Assembly: GCA_039638295.1 (NCBI GenBank)
Contig: JBDIWJ010000034.1
Location: forward strand, 1-21,499
Length of the DNA stretch: 21,499 nucleotides
Origin: Candidatus Phoenicimicrobium oleiphilum
GTDB lineage: Bacteria > Atribacterota > Phoenicimicrobiia > Phoenicimicrobiales > Phoenicimicrobiaceae
Reading direction: 5' to 3'
The position numbers and the translations under genes were made by a program. A model generated the notes under the pieces. That model did no database searches and was not told where the DNA came from. It saw nothing but the letters and a program-made list of their open reading frames with translations. Of this stretch, positions 1-9,904 are shown piece after piece. Each line of letters begins with the position of its first letter. Position 1 is the stretch's first letter.

Positions 1-51
1 AGCTAACTAAATATGAGATATGAGAAGAGAGGGAGGAAAAATAAACACTAT

Positions 52-360
52 ATGCAAAAGATAAGAATTCGCATACAAGCATACGACCATAGAATATTAG
101 ATAACTCTATTTTAAAAATTATTGACACTGTAAAAAGAATAGGGGGAAAATATTCTGGACCTATACCTTTACCAACTGAGATAAATAGATATTGCGTGTT
201 ACGTTCACCACATGTGGATAAAAAGTCGAGAGAAGAGTTTGAAATGAGGACCCATAAAAGATTAGTCGATATCCTTGAACCCTCAACTAAAACTATCGAA
301 GCATTGATGCATCTTGATTTACCTTCCGGAGTGGATATCGAGATAAAAACTTTAGAATAA
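52..360 (+). CDS. rpsJ: 30S ribosomal protein S10 (uS10)
   Basis: [12 protein letters not shown]...GPIPLPT...[21 protein letters not shown] motifs; ATG at 52 downstream of GGAGG (32-36) preferred over ORF-track start 13. Confidence 0.98.
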   Translation: MQKIRIRIQAYDHRILDNSILKIIDTVKRIGGKYSGPIPLPTEINRYCVLRSPHVDKKSREEFEMRTHKRLVDILEPSTKTIEALMHLDLPSGVDIEIKTLE

Positions 361-547
361 TTGAAACAATTACTAAAGGTGAAATTAAACAAGATATGCA
401 ATTTTAGATTATCTAAACTGTTCTATGAAGTGTAAAATATTGGTAATAATAAGTTAATATTTTTTAAAAAATAGACAAAGAATAAATTACAAAATATTTG
501 TACATTGTTAAATAAATGTTGCAATAAAGTATTTGGTGCTATTGTAC

Positions 548-590
548 TATCGGAATTTCAAAAAGGAGTAAGGGTTTAAGGATAATCTTG
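548..590 (+). repeat. Possible collapsed remnant of intergenic repeat family A
   Basis: TATCGGAATTTC (548-559) identical to 3396-3407; followed by AAAAAGGAG..GGTTT..GATAATCTTG resembling the family A 3' end (GACAATCTTG). Confidence 0.35.
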
Positions 591-644
591 GGGAAAAATA
601 ATTTAAGATTTTAGCGATTAGATCTGGAGGTGAAGAAAGTAAAA

Positions 645-1268
645 ATGGCTTTAGGATTAATAGGAGAAAAGCTAGGAATGACGAAAATATTTAATAAGGA
701 TGGAGATTCTATTCCAGTGACTGTAATTCTTGCAGGTCCCTGTCGAGTAATACAGTTAAAAAATGAAGAGAAAGATGGCTATAATGCTGTACAATTAGGA
801 TTTAAAGATATAGACAAGAAAAAAGTTTCTAAGCCTTTATTAGGTCATTTTAATAAAGCAAAAATAGAACCTTTAAAATATATAAAAGAATTTAAAGTGG
901 ATGCCCCCAATAAAGTATCTTCTAATACAGAGATAAAAGTAGATATTTTTAAAGAAGGTGAGAAGGTAGATATTACTGGAATATCGAAAGGAAAGGGATT
1001 TGCTGGCGCGATTAAGAGACATAAATTTTCAGGTGGACCGAAAACACACGGCCAAAAAGAATATTATAGGTCAGTAGGTTCCATTGGTTCCACAGATGCT
1101 GCTCGGGTCTTTAAAGGACAAAAATTACCTGGTCATATGGGAAGCAACAAAGTGAAAATAAAGAATTTAGAAGTAGTGAAAGTAGATATTCAGCGAAATT
1201 TAATTTTAGTAAAAGGTGCTGTACCTGGAGCAAAGGGAACAATACTTATAATTAATAAAACTATGTAA
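645..1268 (+). CDS. rplC: 50S ribosomal protein L3 (uL3)
   Basis: KLGMT, GYNAVQLG, VDITGISKGKGFAGAIKRH, LVKGAVPG motifs; ATG 645 after GGAGGTG (alternative GTG 630). Confidence 0.97.
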   Translation: MALGLIGEKLGMTKIFNKDGDSIPVTVILAGPCRVIQLKNEEKDGYNAVQLGFKDIDKKKVSKPLLGHFNKAKIEPLKYIKEFKVDAPNKVSSNTEIKVDIFKEGEKVDITGISKGKGFAGAIKRHKFSGGPKTHGQKEYYRSVGSIGSTDAARVFKGQKLPGHMGSNKVKIKNLEVVKVDIQRNLILVKGAVPGAKGTILIINKTM

Positions 1269-1305
1269 TAGTCAAGGTATATTTATCAGGGAAGGAGGAT
1301 TAGCT

Positions 1306-1929
1306 ATGATTGATCTATCTATACATAATATTAAAGGAGAAGAAATTGGAGAGATTTCCCTAAATGAGAATATTTTTAACGCTAAAATAAACAAATACCT
1401 TGTTCATCAAGTTGTAAAACGTTATTTAGCAGATAAGAGAAGGGGGACCGCTTCAACAAAAAATAGAAGTGAAGTAAGAGGAGGAGGGGCTAAACCCTGG
1501 CGACAAAAAGGAACTGGAAGGGCTAGAGCAGGAACTAATTGTTCTCCTATTTGGGTCGGGGGCGGAACAGTATTTGGACCTACTCCAAGAGATTATTCCT
1601 ATTCTTTACCTAAAAAGATGAAAATTGTTGCTTTAAAATCAGTTCTTTCAGATAAAGCAAAGAATAACGAAATTGTAATTTTAGATAAATTATCCTTAAA
1701 TGAAAATAAGACTAAAAAAATGGTTGAAATTTTAAAAAATCTAAAAGCACTTGAAAAACCATTAGTAATAATTGGGAAAGAGGATAAAAATATAGAACAA
1801 GCAATAAGAAATATCGAAGGTGCAATAGCACTGCCCGTATCTAAACTTAATACTTACGATCTTTTAAATCACGGGAAAGTGATATTTACCAAAGAAGCAA
1901 TAAAACAGATTGAGGAGGTTTTATCGTAA
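1306..1929 (+). CDS. rplD: 50S ribosomal protein L4 (uL4)
   Basis: RSEVRGGGAKPWRQKGTGRARAG motif; AGGAGG RBS; position in S10 operon. Confidence 0.98.
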   Translation: MIDLSIHNIKGEEIGEISLNENIFNAKINKYLVHQVVKRYLADKRRGTASTKNRSEVRGGGAKPWRQKGTGRARAGTNCSPIWVGGGTVFGPTPRDYSYSLPKKMKIVALKSVLSDKAKNNEIVILDKLSLNENKTKKMVEILKNLKALEKPLVIIGKEDKNIEQAIRNIEGAIALPVSKLNTYDLLNHGKVIFTKEAIKQIEEVLS

Positions 1930-2216
1930 TGCCTTCTGATAGAGATATTATATTACACCCAATAATTTCTGAAAAAAGTGTTAGATTAAAAGAAGAAAAT
2001 AAATATGTATTTAAAGTTGATTGGGAAGCCAATAGTTCCGAAATTGGAAAAGCTATTGAAGAAAAATTCAAGACTAAAGTAGCAAAGGTTAATATTGTGA
2101 AAGTACCCGGGAAAAAGAAGAGATTAGGTAGGTACTCAGGGAAGACATCACATTGGAAGAAAGCAATAGTGACTTTAAAAACAGGCGAGAAGATTAGGGA
2201 ACTAGAAAATATTTAA
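1929..2216 (+). CDS. rplW: 50S ribosomal protein L23 (uL23)
   Basis: PIISEKS...WKKAIVTL motifs; TAATG overlap with rplD. Confidence 0.97.
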   Translation: MPSDRDIILHPIISEKSVRLKEENKYVFKVDWEANSSEIGKAIEEKFKTKVAKVNIVKVPGKKKRLGRYSGKTSHWKKAIVTLKTGEKIRELENI

Positions 2217-2252
2217 AAATTAAAAAGATTTTTAAGAAAGGTGTAGATTAAA

Positions 2253-3089
2253 GTGGCAGAGATAAAAAAGTTTAAACCGACCTCTCCAGGTAGAAGATTT
2301 ATGTCTATCTCATCTTTTGATGAAATAACTACTGAAAGACCTGAAAAATCTTTGACCAAAGGTATAAATAGAAAAGGTGGGAGAAATAATCAAGGTAGAC
2401 TAACCGTAAGACATCAGGGAGGAGGAAATAAAAGAAAATACAGAATAATTGATTTCAAAAGAAACAAAGATGGGATTCCAGCTAAGGTTGCAAGTATTGA
2501 ATATGATCCCAATCGTTCGGCTCGTATTGCTCTTTTAAAATATTATGATGGCGAGAAAAGGTATATCCTGTGCCCTGAAAAATTGAATGTGGGAGATATA
2601 GTTATTTCTGGTAAAGAATCAGATATAAAAGCAGGAAACACAAGACCCCTAAAGGATATTCCTGTTGGTACCTTAGTTCATAATATAGAATTAAATCCTG
2701 GGCAAGGTGGCAAATTGGTTCGGTCGGCTGGGACAACAGCTCAACTTATGGCTAAAGAAGGTAAATATGCGCACATTAAATTACCTTCTGGAGAAGTAAG
2801 ATTAATAAATTTAGAATGTATGGCTACTATAGGGCAAGTAAGTAACCTTACTCATGAAAATTTATCATATGGTAAAGCAGGTAAAAAACGGTGGTTAGGT
2901 ATAAGACCTACGGTCCGAGGTGTAGCTATGAATCCTATTGATCACCCCTTGGGTGGGGGAGAAGGAAAAAGTGCAGGTGGAAGACATCCAGTTTCTCCAA
3001 ATGGTATACCTGCTAAGGGATACCGAACCAGGAAGAAGAATAAAATATCAGATAAATATATTGTTAAAAACCGGATAAAAAAAATATAG
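2253..3089 (+). CDS. rplB: 50S ribosomal protein L2 (uL2)
   Basis: [28 protein letters not shown] motifs; GTG start. Confidence 0.99.
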   Translation: MAEIKKFKPTSPGRRFMSISSFDEITTERPEKSLTKGINRKGGRNNQGRLTVRHQGGGNKRKYRIIDFKRNKDGIPAKVASIEYDPNRSARIALLKYYDGEKRYILCPEKLNVGDIVISGKESDIKAGNTRPLKDIPVGTLVHNIELNPGQGGKLVRSAGTTAQLMAKEGKYAHIKLPSGEVRLINLECMATIGQVSNLTHENLSYGKAGKKRWLGIRPTVRGVAMNPIDHPLGGGEGKSAGGRHPVSPNGIPAKGYRTRKKNKISDKYIVKNRIKKI

Positions 3090-3110
3090 TTAAGGGAGGT
3101 AGTTTTTTAA

Positions 3111-3395
3111 ATGTCTAGATCTTTAAAAAAAGGACCTTATATTGACGAAAAATTATTAAACAAAATACGAGAATTAAATCAAAAGAGGAAGAAAGCGATA
3201 ATCAAGACTTGGTCTAGAAATTCAACTATTTTCCCGATAATGGTTGGACATACTATTGCTGTCCACAATGGTAAAAGGCATATACCAGTATATATTACTG
3301 AAAATATGGTAGGCCACAAACTGGGAGAATTTGCTCCAACTCGAATTTTTAAAGGACACAGTGCTCATACAGAGAGATCAACTTCACTAAAATAA
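3111..3395 (+). CDS. rpsS: 30S ribosomal protein S19 (uS19)
   Basis: [27 protein letters not shown] motifs. Confidence 0.99.
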   Translation: MSRSLKKGPYIDEKLLNKIRELNQKRKKAIIKTWSRNSTIFPIMVGHTIAVHNGKRHIPVYITENMVGHKLGEFAPTRIFKGHSAHTERSTSLK

Positions 3396-3583
3396 TATCG
3401 GAATTTCTTTAAAATTATGACGTTAAAAAGAAAATTATTTTGCCCCTTTTCACGGGCATAAGTTTGAATAAGGAATAGATTTTAGTAAGATTGTCAGGGA
3501 AAGTTTTATATAAAATCGAAATGGAGTAAAAAAAGAGATAGAGAGAGGTTTTGCGGGGAGTTCACTCCCCTGACAATCTTGTT
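3396..3583 (+). repeat. Intergenic structured repeat family A, copy 1 (rpsS-rplV)
   Basis: 13-bp inverted repeat AAGATTGTCAGGG (3487-3499)/CCCTGACAATCTT (3568-3580); internal GGGGAG-TTCA-CTCCCC hairpin; homologous to 7002, 9142, 11605, 13308. Confidence 0.93.
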
Positions 3584-3668
3584 AAAAGATGAAAAGATGA
3601 GTTCATTCTAATTTAATAAAATCGGTAAAGGTAAATTAACAAAAAAGTTAATAATTAGGAGGAAAGCA

Positions 3669-4013
3669 ATGGGTGTAAAGGCGGAAGGAAAATACTTACC
3701 AATCTCTGCTCGTAAGGGAAGACAAGCTATAGATATAATTCGCGGTAAAGATGCAGGCGAAGCTCTTTTAGTATTAAAGTTTCTTCCTAACCGTTCAGCT
3801 AAGATTGTTTATAATGTTTTAAAATCAGCAATATATAATGCTCAAAATAATAATAGTATAGATGTAGAAGATTTGTATGTCTCTGAAGCTTTTGTAAATG
3901 AAGGACCTACTTTGAAAAGATATAGACCAAGAGCAATGGGGAGAGCTAGCAGAATAAGAAAGAGAACCAGCCATATTACTATTATAGTTGATACCAAAAG
4001 GGAGGGGAGATAA
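3669..4013 (+). CDS. rplV: 50S ribosomal protein L22 (uL22)
   Basis: GPTLKRYRPRAMGRASRIRKRTSHITI motif. Confidence 0.98.
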   Translation: MGVKAEGKYLPISARKGRQAIDIIRGKDAGEALLVLKFLPNRSAKIVYNVLKSAIYNAQNNNSIDVEDLYVSEAFVNEGPTLKRYRPRAMGRASRIRKRTSHITIIVDTKREGR

Positions 4014-4757
4014 TTGGGACAAAAAGTACATCCAAAAGGATTAAGGGTTGGAATTATAAGAGATTGGGATGTTAAATGGTTTGCTAAAAAAAGTTATGCG
4101 AAGTATATATATGAAGATTATGAGATAAAAAAATTTATTAAAACGCATTTAAAACGTGCTGGCATATCTGATATAGAAATTGAGCGCATAGCTGATCGGG
4201 TGAGAGTGACTATAAAATGTTCAAGACCCGGAATTGTTATTGGAAGAAAAGGAGCAGAAGTAACTAAATTAAGGGATGAATTAGCAAAGTTTGTAAAGGG
4301 TGAATTGCAAATTAAAATTACTGAAGTAAAAATTCCCGAATTAGATTCTCAATTAGTTGCTGAGACGATTGCTGAACAATTAGAAAGAAAAGGTTCAGTT
4401 AAAAGAGCTATGAAACAAGCAGCAAGCCGCTCTATGAGGGCGGGGGCTGAAGGGATAAAGATATCTTGTTCTGGAAGAATAGGAGGAGCAGAAATAGCTA
4501 GGACAGAGTGGCATTTAGAAGGAAGATTACCTCTTCATACCTTGAGAGCAGATATAGATTATGGATTTGCTGAAGCTAATACTACTTATGGAAAAATTGG
4601 AGTTAAAGTTTGGATTTTTAAAGGAGAGATATTACCTTCAAAAAATGATAAACTGGTAGAAAAAATAATCCAGAAACAAGAAGCTGGTGCTTTAGTTAAT
4701 GAAGGTACTGAAGAATTAGGTGTAGAAGGAGAACAAAAAAATGTTACAACCAACTAG
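4014..4757 (+). CDS. rpsC: 30S ribosomal protein S3 (uS3)
   Basis: [13 protein letters not shown] motif [25 protein letters not shown] start directly after rplV stop. Confidence 0.98.
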   Translation: MGQKVHPKGLRVGIIRDWDVKWFAKKSYAKYIYEDYEIKKFIKTHLKRAGISDIEIERIADRVRVTIKCSRPGIVIGRKGAEVTKLRDELAKFVKGELQIKITEVKIPELDSQLVAETIAEQLERKGSVKRAMKQAASRSMRAGAEGIKISCSGRIGGAEIARTEWHLEGRLPLHTLRADIDYGFAEANTTYGKIGVKVWIFKGEILPSKNDKLVEKIIQKQEAGALVNEGTEELGVEGEQKNVTTN

Positions 4758-5163
4758 AACAAAATACCGTAAACCTCATAGGGGGAAGATAAAGAGTTGT
4801 GCTAATAAAGGAAATTTGCTTGCTTTTGGAGAATTTGGTTTACAAGCATTAGAACCTCATTGGATAACTAGTGCTCAAATCGAAGCGGCAAGAATTAGTA
4901 TTACTCATGCTGTAAAAAGAGGTGGAAAGGTTTGGATACGGATATTTCCTGATAAAGCAGTAACTAAAAAACCAGCAGAAACTAGAATGGGTAAAGGAAA
5001 AGGAGCACCAGATCATTGGGTAGCTGTAGTGAAACCTGGAAAGATATTGTTTGAGTTAGGGGGAGTAGATAAAAGTTTAGCTAAAGAAGCAATGCGTTTA
5101 GCTGCACATAAATTACCCATAAAAACTCGGTTTCTTTCCAGAGAAGAACAGGTGGTGGAATAA
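4741..5163 (+). CDS. rplP: 50S ribosomal protein L16 (uL16)
   Basis: [34 protein letters not shown] motifs. Confidence 0.99.
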   Translation: MLQPTRTKYRKPHRGKIKSCANKGNLLAFGEFGLQALEPHWITSAQIEAARISITHAVKRGGKVWIRIFPDKAVTKKPAETRMGKGKGAPDHWVAVVKPGKILFELGGVDKSLAKEAMRLAAHKLPIKTRFLSREEQVVE

Positions 5164-5361
5164 ATGAAATCTAATGAATTGAGAGATTTATCAATAGAAG
5201 AACTTCAAAAAAAGTTAGTTGATTTTAAGGATGAGTTATTTAGTTTAAGATTCCAAATGGTAACGGGACAATTGGGTAATCCCATGAGGATAAGAGAAGT
5301 AAAACGTAATATTGCTCGGGTAAAGACAATTTTAAGAGAAATTGAGATGCTAAAAAAATAA
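5164..5361 (+). CDS. rpmC: 50S ribosomal protein L29 (uL29)
   Basis: [14 protein letters not shown]...IARVKT; synteny. Confidence 0.97.
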   Translation: MKSNELRDLSIEELQKKLVDFKDELFSLRFQMVTGQLGNPMRIREVKRNIARVKTILREIEMLKK

Positions 5362-5387
5362 AATATGAGTTAACGAAGGAGGGTTAA

Positions 5388-5645
5388 ATGTTGTCCGGGG
5401 GGAAAATAAAAACAAAAGTTGGTAGAGTTGTAAGTGATAAAATGGAAAAGAGTGTGGTAGTAAAAGTAGAATACCTGGTATCACATCCTCTTTATGGAAA
5501 ACGAATAAAAAAATCATCAAAATTTATAGCTCATGATGAAAAAAATAATTGTAACATTGGAGATAAGGTAAAGATTGCAGAAACTCGACCTTTAAGCAAA
5601 AGAAAAAAGTGGAGAGTTGTAGAGATACTAGAAAAATCTAAATAA
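5388..5645 (+). CDS. rpsQ: 30S ribosomal protein S17 (uS17)
   Basis: [23 protein letters not shown] motifs. Confidence 0.98.
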   Translation: MLSGGKIKTKVGRVVSDKMEKSVVVKVEYLVSHPLYGKRIKKSSKFIAHDEKNNCNIGDKVKIAETRPLSKRKKWRVVEILEKSK

Positions 5646-5690
5646 GATATTTTGATGACATAAAATGATTAGGGAGAGAGGGTAGCGAAA

Positions 5691-6059
5691 ATGATACAAA
5701 TGCAAACACGATTATTTGTAGCAGATAATTCAGGTGCTAAAGAAATACAATGTATAAAAGTCTTAGGTGGTTCTCGAAGAAGATACGCTAAAATTGGGGA
5801 TATTATTATTGCCTCAGTCAAGGAAGCAGCAGTAGGAGGAACATGTAAAAAAGGTGAAGTAGTAAGGGCAGTTATTGTCCGGACCAAGAAAGAACATAGT
5901 CGCCCCGATGGTTCTTATGTTCGATTTGATGACAATGCAGCAGTAGTAATAAATAATCAGAATGAACCAGTAGGAACAAGAATATTCGGACCTGTCGCTC
6001 GTGAATTGAGAAATAAAAATTTTATGAAAATAATATCACTAGCTTCAGAAGTGGTATAG
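5691..6059 (+). CDS. rplN: 50S ribosomal protein L14 (uL14)
   Basis: [29 protein letters not shown] motifs. Confidence 0.99.
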   Translation: MIQMQTRLFVADNSGAKEIQCIKVLGGSRRRYAKIGDIIIASVKEAAVGGTCKKGEVVRAVIVRTKKEHSRPDGSYVRFDDNAAVVINNQNEPVGTRIFGPVARELRNKNFMKIISLASEVV

Positions 6060-6080
6060 AGTGAATGGAGGGATAGTGGT

Positions 6081-6410
6081 GTGATTAATAAAGTAAATTT
6101 TAAAAAGGGAGATAATGTATTAGTTATAAGTGGAGATGATAAAGGAAAAAGTGGGAAAATTGTTAGTATTTTTCCTGAGAAGATGAGGGTAATAATTGAA
6201 GGCGTAAATTTTTTAAAAAAACATAATAAACCTTCCCAAAAAGTTCCACAGGGAGGAGTAATTAAAAAAGAGGGTACCTTGCATATTTCTAATATAAAAT
6301 TAATTTGTAACAAATGCAATAAACCTACAAATATAAAGAGAGAAAGAACTAAAGAGGGCAAGAGAGTTAGAGTGTGTAAAAAATGCGGAGAAATAATAGA
6401 TAAGGTTTAG
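6081..6410 (+). CDS. rplX: 50S ribosomal protein L24 (uL24)
   Basis: KOW motif [26 protein letters not shown]; two CxxC pairs; GTG start. Confidence 0.97.
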   Translation: MINKVNFKKGDNVLVISGDDKGKSGKIVSIFPEKMRVIIEGVNFLKKHNKPSQKVPQGGVIKKEGTLHISNIKLICNKCNKPTNIKRERTKEGKRVRVCKKCGEIIDKV

Positions 6411-6420
6411 GAGGTTAATT

Positions 6421-6960
6421 ATGCCCCGATTAAAAGATAAATATTTTGAACAAGTTGTTCCAGAAATGATGAAAAAATTTAAATATAAAAGTGTAATGGC
6501 AGTACCTAGATTAAAGAAGGTGGTGATTAACATGGGTTTAGGAAGTTCCATTAAAGATTCTAAGATTATGGATGAAGCTGTCAAGGAATTAGCTATTATC
6601 AGTGGTCAAAAACCCATCATTACCAGAGCAAAAAAATCTATTTCCAATTTCGGAGTTAGAAAAGGCATGCCTGTAGGTTGTAAAGTTACTTTACGAAATG
6701 ACAGAATGTATGACTTTTTAGACAAATTTATTAACGTAGCTATTGCTAGAATTCGAGATTTTAGAGGTGTTCCATCTGACTCCTTTGATGGAAGAGGGAA
6801 TTATACTATAGGAATAAAAGAACAGTTGATTTTCCCTGAAATAGATTTTGATCAAGCTACTAATACTTTAGGAATGAATGTTACTATCATAACTAATGCT
6901 AGAAACGATGAAGAAGGCAGAGCTCTTTTAGAGTATATGGGTATGCCTTTTAAAAAATAA
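6421..6960 (+). CDS. rplE: 50S ribosomal protein L5 (uL5)
   Basis: [41 protein letters not shown] motifs. Confidence 0.99.
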   Translation: MPRLKDKYFEQVVPEMMKKFKYKSVMAVPRLKKVVINMGLGSSIKDSKIMDEAVKELAIISGQKPIITRAKKSISNFGVRKGMPVGCKVTLRNDRMYDFLDKFINVAIARIRDFRGVPSDSFDGRGNYTIGIKEQLIFPEIDFDQATNTLGMNVTIITNARNDEEGRALLEYMGMPFKK

Positions 6961-7001
6961 TTTATTTCGGATTACATATTGTATCGAGTGATACGTATTG
7001 T

Positions 7002-7086
7002 GGAAAGTTTTATATAAAATTGAAATGGAGTAAAAAGGAGATAGAAAGAGGTTTTGCGGGGAGTTCACTCCCCTGACAATCTTGTT
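7002..7086 (+). repeat. Intergenic repeat family A, copy 2 (5'-truncated; rplE-rpsN)
   Basis: About 4 differences from 3498-3583; last 40 nt identical; lacks the left inverted arm. Confidence 0.93.
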
Positions 7087-7087
7087 G

Positions 7088-7182
7088 CTTAGTTAGATTT
7101 TTGGCTAATATGATAGTTTACCAGCCAATTTGATTAGATAGTTAATTAGTTTAAAATTAAATTCATCAATTAACTAACTAAG
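7088..7182. repeat. TAGT/AACT microrepeat-armed imperfect palindrome
   Basis: CTTAGTTAG ... CTAACTAAG inverted ends; same vocabulary as 14996-15082 and 20248-20452. Confidence 0.55.
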
Positions 7183-7203
7183 TATTAAAAAGGAGGAAAT
7201 AGT

Positions 7204-7389
7204 GTGGCAAAAAAAGCCCTAATAGTAAAAGCAAAGAGAGAGCCTAAATATAAAGTAAGGAAATATTTTCGATGTAGCATCTGTGGGAGACCAAGAGGTT
7301 ACTTTAGAAAATTTGGTATATGTAGAATATGTTTTAGAACAATGGCTCACAGAGGAGAATTGCCAGGTGTAACTAAATCAAGCTGGTAA
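7204..7389 (+). CDS. rpsN: 30S ribosomal protein S14, short zinc-binding type Z (uS14)
   Basis: 61 aa; CSICGRPR...CRICFR...[21 protein letters not shown] start. Confidence 0.98.
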   Translation: MAKKALIVKAKREPKYKVRKYFRCSICGRPRGYFRKFGICRICFRTMAHRGELPGVTKSSW

Positions 7390-7449
7390 AAACTTATATA
7401 AAGTGAGATAAATAAAAAGTTGAAGTTGAAAGAGGGGAGGACATTATTA

Positions 7450-7848
7450 ATGAGTGTTATATCAGATCCTGTTGCTGATTTATTAACTCGAATAAGAAAT
7501 GCAAATAAAATGCGACATAAATCTTTATCAGTACCAGCGTCAAAACTGAAATTAGAAATTGTTCGTATACTAAAAGATGAAGGATTTATCAGAGACTATA
7601 AATATAAAGAAGATAATAAGCAGGGTCAATTGATTATTTATTTAAAATATATAAATAAAGAAAAGGCTATTAATAATCTTAAGAGAATTAGTAAACCAGG
7701 ATTAAAAGTTTATGTTAAAAAAGATGAAATACCTGAAGTATTAGGTGGTTTAGGAATTGCTATATTATCTACTTCAAGGGGTATTATGACTGGGAAAGAG
7801 GCTTTACGAAGGCATCTTGGCGGAGAAGTGATTTGCTATATTTGGTAA
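7450..7848 (+). CDS. rpsH: 30S ribosomal protein S8 (uS8)
   Basis: [44 protein letters not shown] 7450 after GGAGG. Confidence 0.98.
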   Translation: MSVISDPVADLLTRIRNANKMRHKSLSVPASKLKLEIVRILKDEGFIRDYKYKEDNKQGQLIIYLKYINKEKAINNLKRISKPGLKVYVKKDEIPEVLGGLGIAILSTSRGIMTGKEALRRHLGGEVICYIW

Positions 7849-7863
7849 ATAAATTAGTATGTA

Positions 7864-8090
7864 GCATATCATATATCGTATATCGTGAAGAAAAAGAAGT
7901 CAGGAGTTAGAAGTCAGAAGTCGGAACAAAAAACAAAAATGTCATTACGAGCGGCCGCAGGGAGTATGGCAATCTCGGGAATGAGATTTCTTCTCCTACT
8001 TTTCTTAGGGGTAGGCTTGTTATTCTCTTCTTAATGATATTTACTGGGAGAAAGGCAGAATCGCAATACGATATACGCAATACGATATGC
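7864..8090. repeat. Heptamer-armed nested palindromic element (rpsH-rplF)
   Basis: Arms 7864-7886 and 8068-8090 are 20/23 reverse complements made of TATCGTA-like units; enclose AGTCAGA-like heptamers and a family B element. Confidence 0.85.
7941..8038 (-). repeat. Palindromic repeat family B (GTCATT...GCAATCTC/GAGATT...AATGA), degenerate, with ~21-nt hairpin insert
   Basis: Aligns with the reverse complement of 17413-17493 apart from the extra hairpin at 7995-8015. Confidence 0.8.
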
Positions 8091-8116
8091 GAAATTCGAA
8101 AAAGAGGAGGTTCAAT

Positions 8117-8656
8117 ATGTCCAGGATAGGGAAGAAACCAATAATCATTCCTAAGGGAGTTAAGGTTGAGTTTAATGATAATAAGATAAAAGTAATAGGA
8201 GAAAAAGGAATCTTAGAAAAAACCATTCATCCTAGCATTGAAGTAAAAATAGATGAAGATAAAATATATGTTTCCAGACATTCTGAAAGCAAATTTCATA
8301 GGTCTTTACATGGATTAAGTAGAAGTTTAATAGATAATATGATAAAAGGGGTATCAGCAGGATTTGAAAAAGTCTTAGAAATTAATGGCGTAGGTTACCG
8401 GGCTGCCATAGAAGATAGCAAATTAATGATTCAGATAGGCTATTCTCATCCAGTGAAAGTCGATCCTCCAGAAAGAATCGAATTTGAAGTGGAAAAGCAA
8501 AAGATAATTAAGGTAAAGGGTATTGATAAAAAAGAAGTAGGAGAAATTGCCGCAAAAATAAGAGAAATACGAAAACCTGAACCATATAAAGGAAAAGGAA
8601 TAAGATATATCGATGAAATAGTGAGAAGAAAAGTTGGGAAGACTGGTGCAAAGTAA
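8117..8656 (+). CDS. rplF: 50S ribosomal protein L6 (uL6)
   Basis: MSRIGKKPI, GVGYRA, RKPEPYKGKGIRY; ATG 8117 after AGGAGG. Confidence 0.98.
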   Translation: MSRIGKKPIIIPKGVKVEFNDNKIKVIGEKGILEKTIHPSIEVKIDEDKIYVSRHSESKFHRSLHGLSRSLIDNMIKGVSAGFEKVLEINGVGYRAAIEDSKLMIQIGYSHPVKVDPPERIEFEVEKQKIIKVKGIDKKEVGEIAAKIREIRKPEPYKGKGIRYIDEIVRRKVGKTGAK

Positions 8657-8750
8657 TCAATCAAGATAATATTATAATGATGACTCAAAACTGTATTTGA
8701 AACTAACGACTATTCACTAACGAATAATTTATAGGAAAGGAGTGCAAATA

Positions 8751-9116
8751 TTGGCTGAAGTAAATAAGAAATTAGCAAGGTTGAAGAGACATAAAAGGAT
8801 ACGTAAAGCAATCTGGGGCAGAAATGAAAAACCACGGTTATGTATTTTTAGAAGTTTAAAACATATCTATGCGCAAGTAATTGATGATGAAAGAGGGAGC
8901 ACCTTAGTTTCTGCATCAACGCTTGACCCAGAAATAAAAAATAAAGTAAAATACACAGGAAATATAAAAGCAGCAGAAATGCTTGGGATTTTATTGGCTA
9001 AAAAAATGAAAGAAAAAGGTATTAAGAAAGTTGTATTTGATCGAGGTGGTTATTTGTACCATGGTAGAGTGAGGGCGGTTGCTGAAAATACAAGAAAAGG
9101 TAATATAGATTTTTAA
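8751..9116 (+). CDS. rplR: 50S ribosomal protein L18 (uL18)
   Basis: PRLCIFRSLKHIYAQVIDD, VVFDRGGYLYHGRV; TTG 8751 fits AAGGAG spacing better than GTG 8742. Confidence 0.96.
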   Translation: MAEVNKKLARLKRHKRIRKAIWGRNEKPRLCIFRSLKHIYAQVIDDERGSTLVSASTLDPEIKNKVKYTGNIKAAEMLGILLAKKMKEKGIKKVVFDRGGYLYHGRVRAVAENTRKGNIDF

Positions 9117-9141
9117 ATTATTTATTGGTTATTTAATATTT

Positions 9142-9304
9142 TTAGAACATCGGAATTTTTAAAATTCGATGTTCTAAGATGAATTCTTTTTAAAAAACAA
9201 TAGATTCTAACAAGATTGTCAGGAAAAGTTTTATATAAAATCGAAATGGAGTAAAAAAGGATGAAGAGAGGTTTCAGGGGAGTGGACTTCTCTGACAATC
9301 TTAT
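9142..9304 (+). repeat. Intergenic repeat family A, copy 3 (rplR-rpsE)
   Basis: 5' hairpin 9142-9177; AAGATTGTCAG (9212-9222)/CTGACAATCTT (9292-9302); internal hairpin CAGGGGAGT-GG-ACTTCTCTG. Confidence 0.93.
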
Positions 9305-9361
9305 ATAAGAATAAAAAATTATGAAAATAGTATAAGTAGGAAAAAGGGAGGAGGTGGATAC

Positions 9362-9904
9362 GTGCTAAAAATCAACCCCGAAGGTTTAGAATTGAATGAA
9401 ACAGTTGTTTTTGTAAATAGAGTAAGCAAAGTTGTAAAAGGTGGAAGAAGATTTGGTTTTGCTGCTATGGTTGTAGTAGGAAACGGCGAAGGAATTGTAG
9501 GTATAGGATATGGAAAAGCTAAAGATGTTCCAGAAGCAATTAGAAAAGGAGTAGCAAAAGCAAAAAAGAGTTTGATAAAAGTTAGAATGAAAAAAAAGAC
9601 TATACCATATACAGTTGTGGGGCATTATGGAGCTGCTACAGTAATTATGAAACCGGCATCTCCTGGAACAGGTGTAATTGCTGGTGGAGCAGTCAGGACA
9701 ATATTAGAAGCTGCGGGATTCCAAGATATATTAACCAAATCTTTAGGAAGTAGTAATAATTTAAATATTGCAAAAGCTACTATGAATGGCCTTATGAGTT
9801 TAAAAAATGTTAAGGATATAGAAAAATTAAGAGGTAAAAGTATATTGGAGATATATAGTCGACCATTTCAAACAATGGAGGTAACAAACAATGAAATTAG
9901 ATAA
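9362..9904 (+). CDS. rpsE: 30S ribosomal protein S5 (uS5)
   Basis: [32 protein letters not shown] motifs; GGAGGTG RBS, GTG start. Confidence 0.98.
   Translation: MLKINPEGLELNETVVFVNRVSKVVKGGRRFGFAAMVVVGNGEGIVGIGYGKAKDVPEAIRKGVAKAKKSLIKVRMKKKTIPYTVVGHYGAATVIMKPASPGTGVIAGGAVRTILEAAGFQDILTKSLGSSNNLNIAKATMNGLMSLKNVKDIEKLRGKSILEIYSRPFQTMEVTNNEIR

Noticed and set aside
519..545. Internal sigma70 promoter in the rpsJ-rplC spacer (TTGCAA ... TG-C-TATTGT)
   Set aside because: 15-nt spacing and a weak -10; such matches are expected by chance in very AT-rich DNA.
3521..3529. ATG-GAG-TAA mini-ORF within family A
   Set aside because: Present in copies 1-3 but ATA in copy 4, with no upstream SD; no support for translation.
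3551..3565. GCGGGGAGTTCAC as an IS200/IS605 right end
   Set aside because: The TCAC is not conserved in copies 3 and 4, it lies within a hairpin, and there is no tnpA/tnpB remnant.
3555..3570. GGGGAG-TTCA-CTCCCC hairpin as an intrinsic terminator
   Set aside because: No U-tract follows it on either strand, and it lies mid-operon.
9860..9904. S5 C-terminal tail as a fused rpmD remnant
   Set aside because: Too short and without recognisable uL30 similarity.
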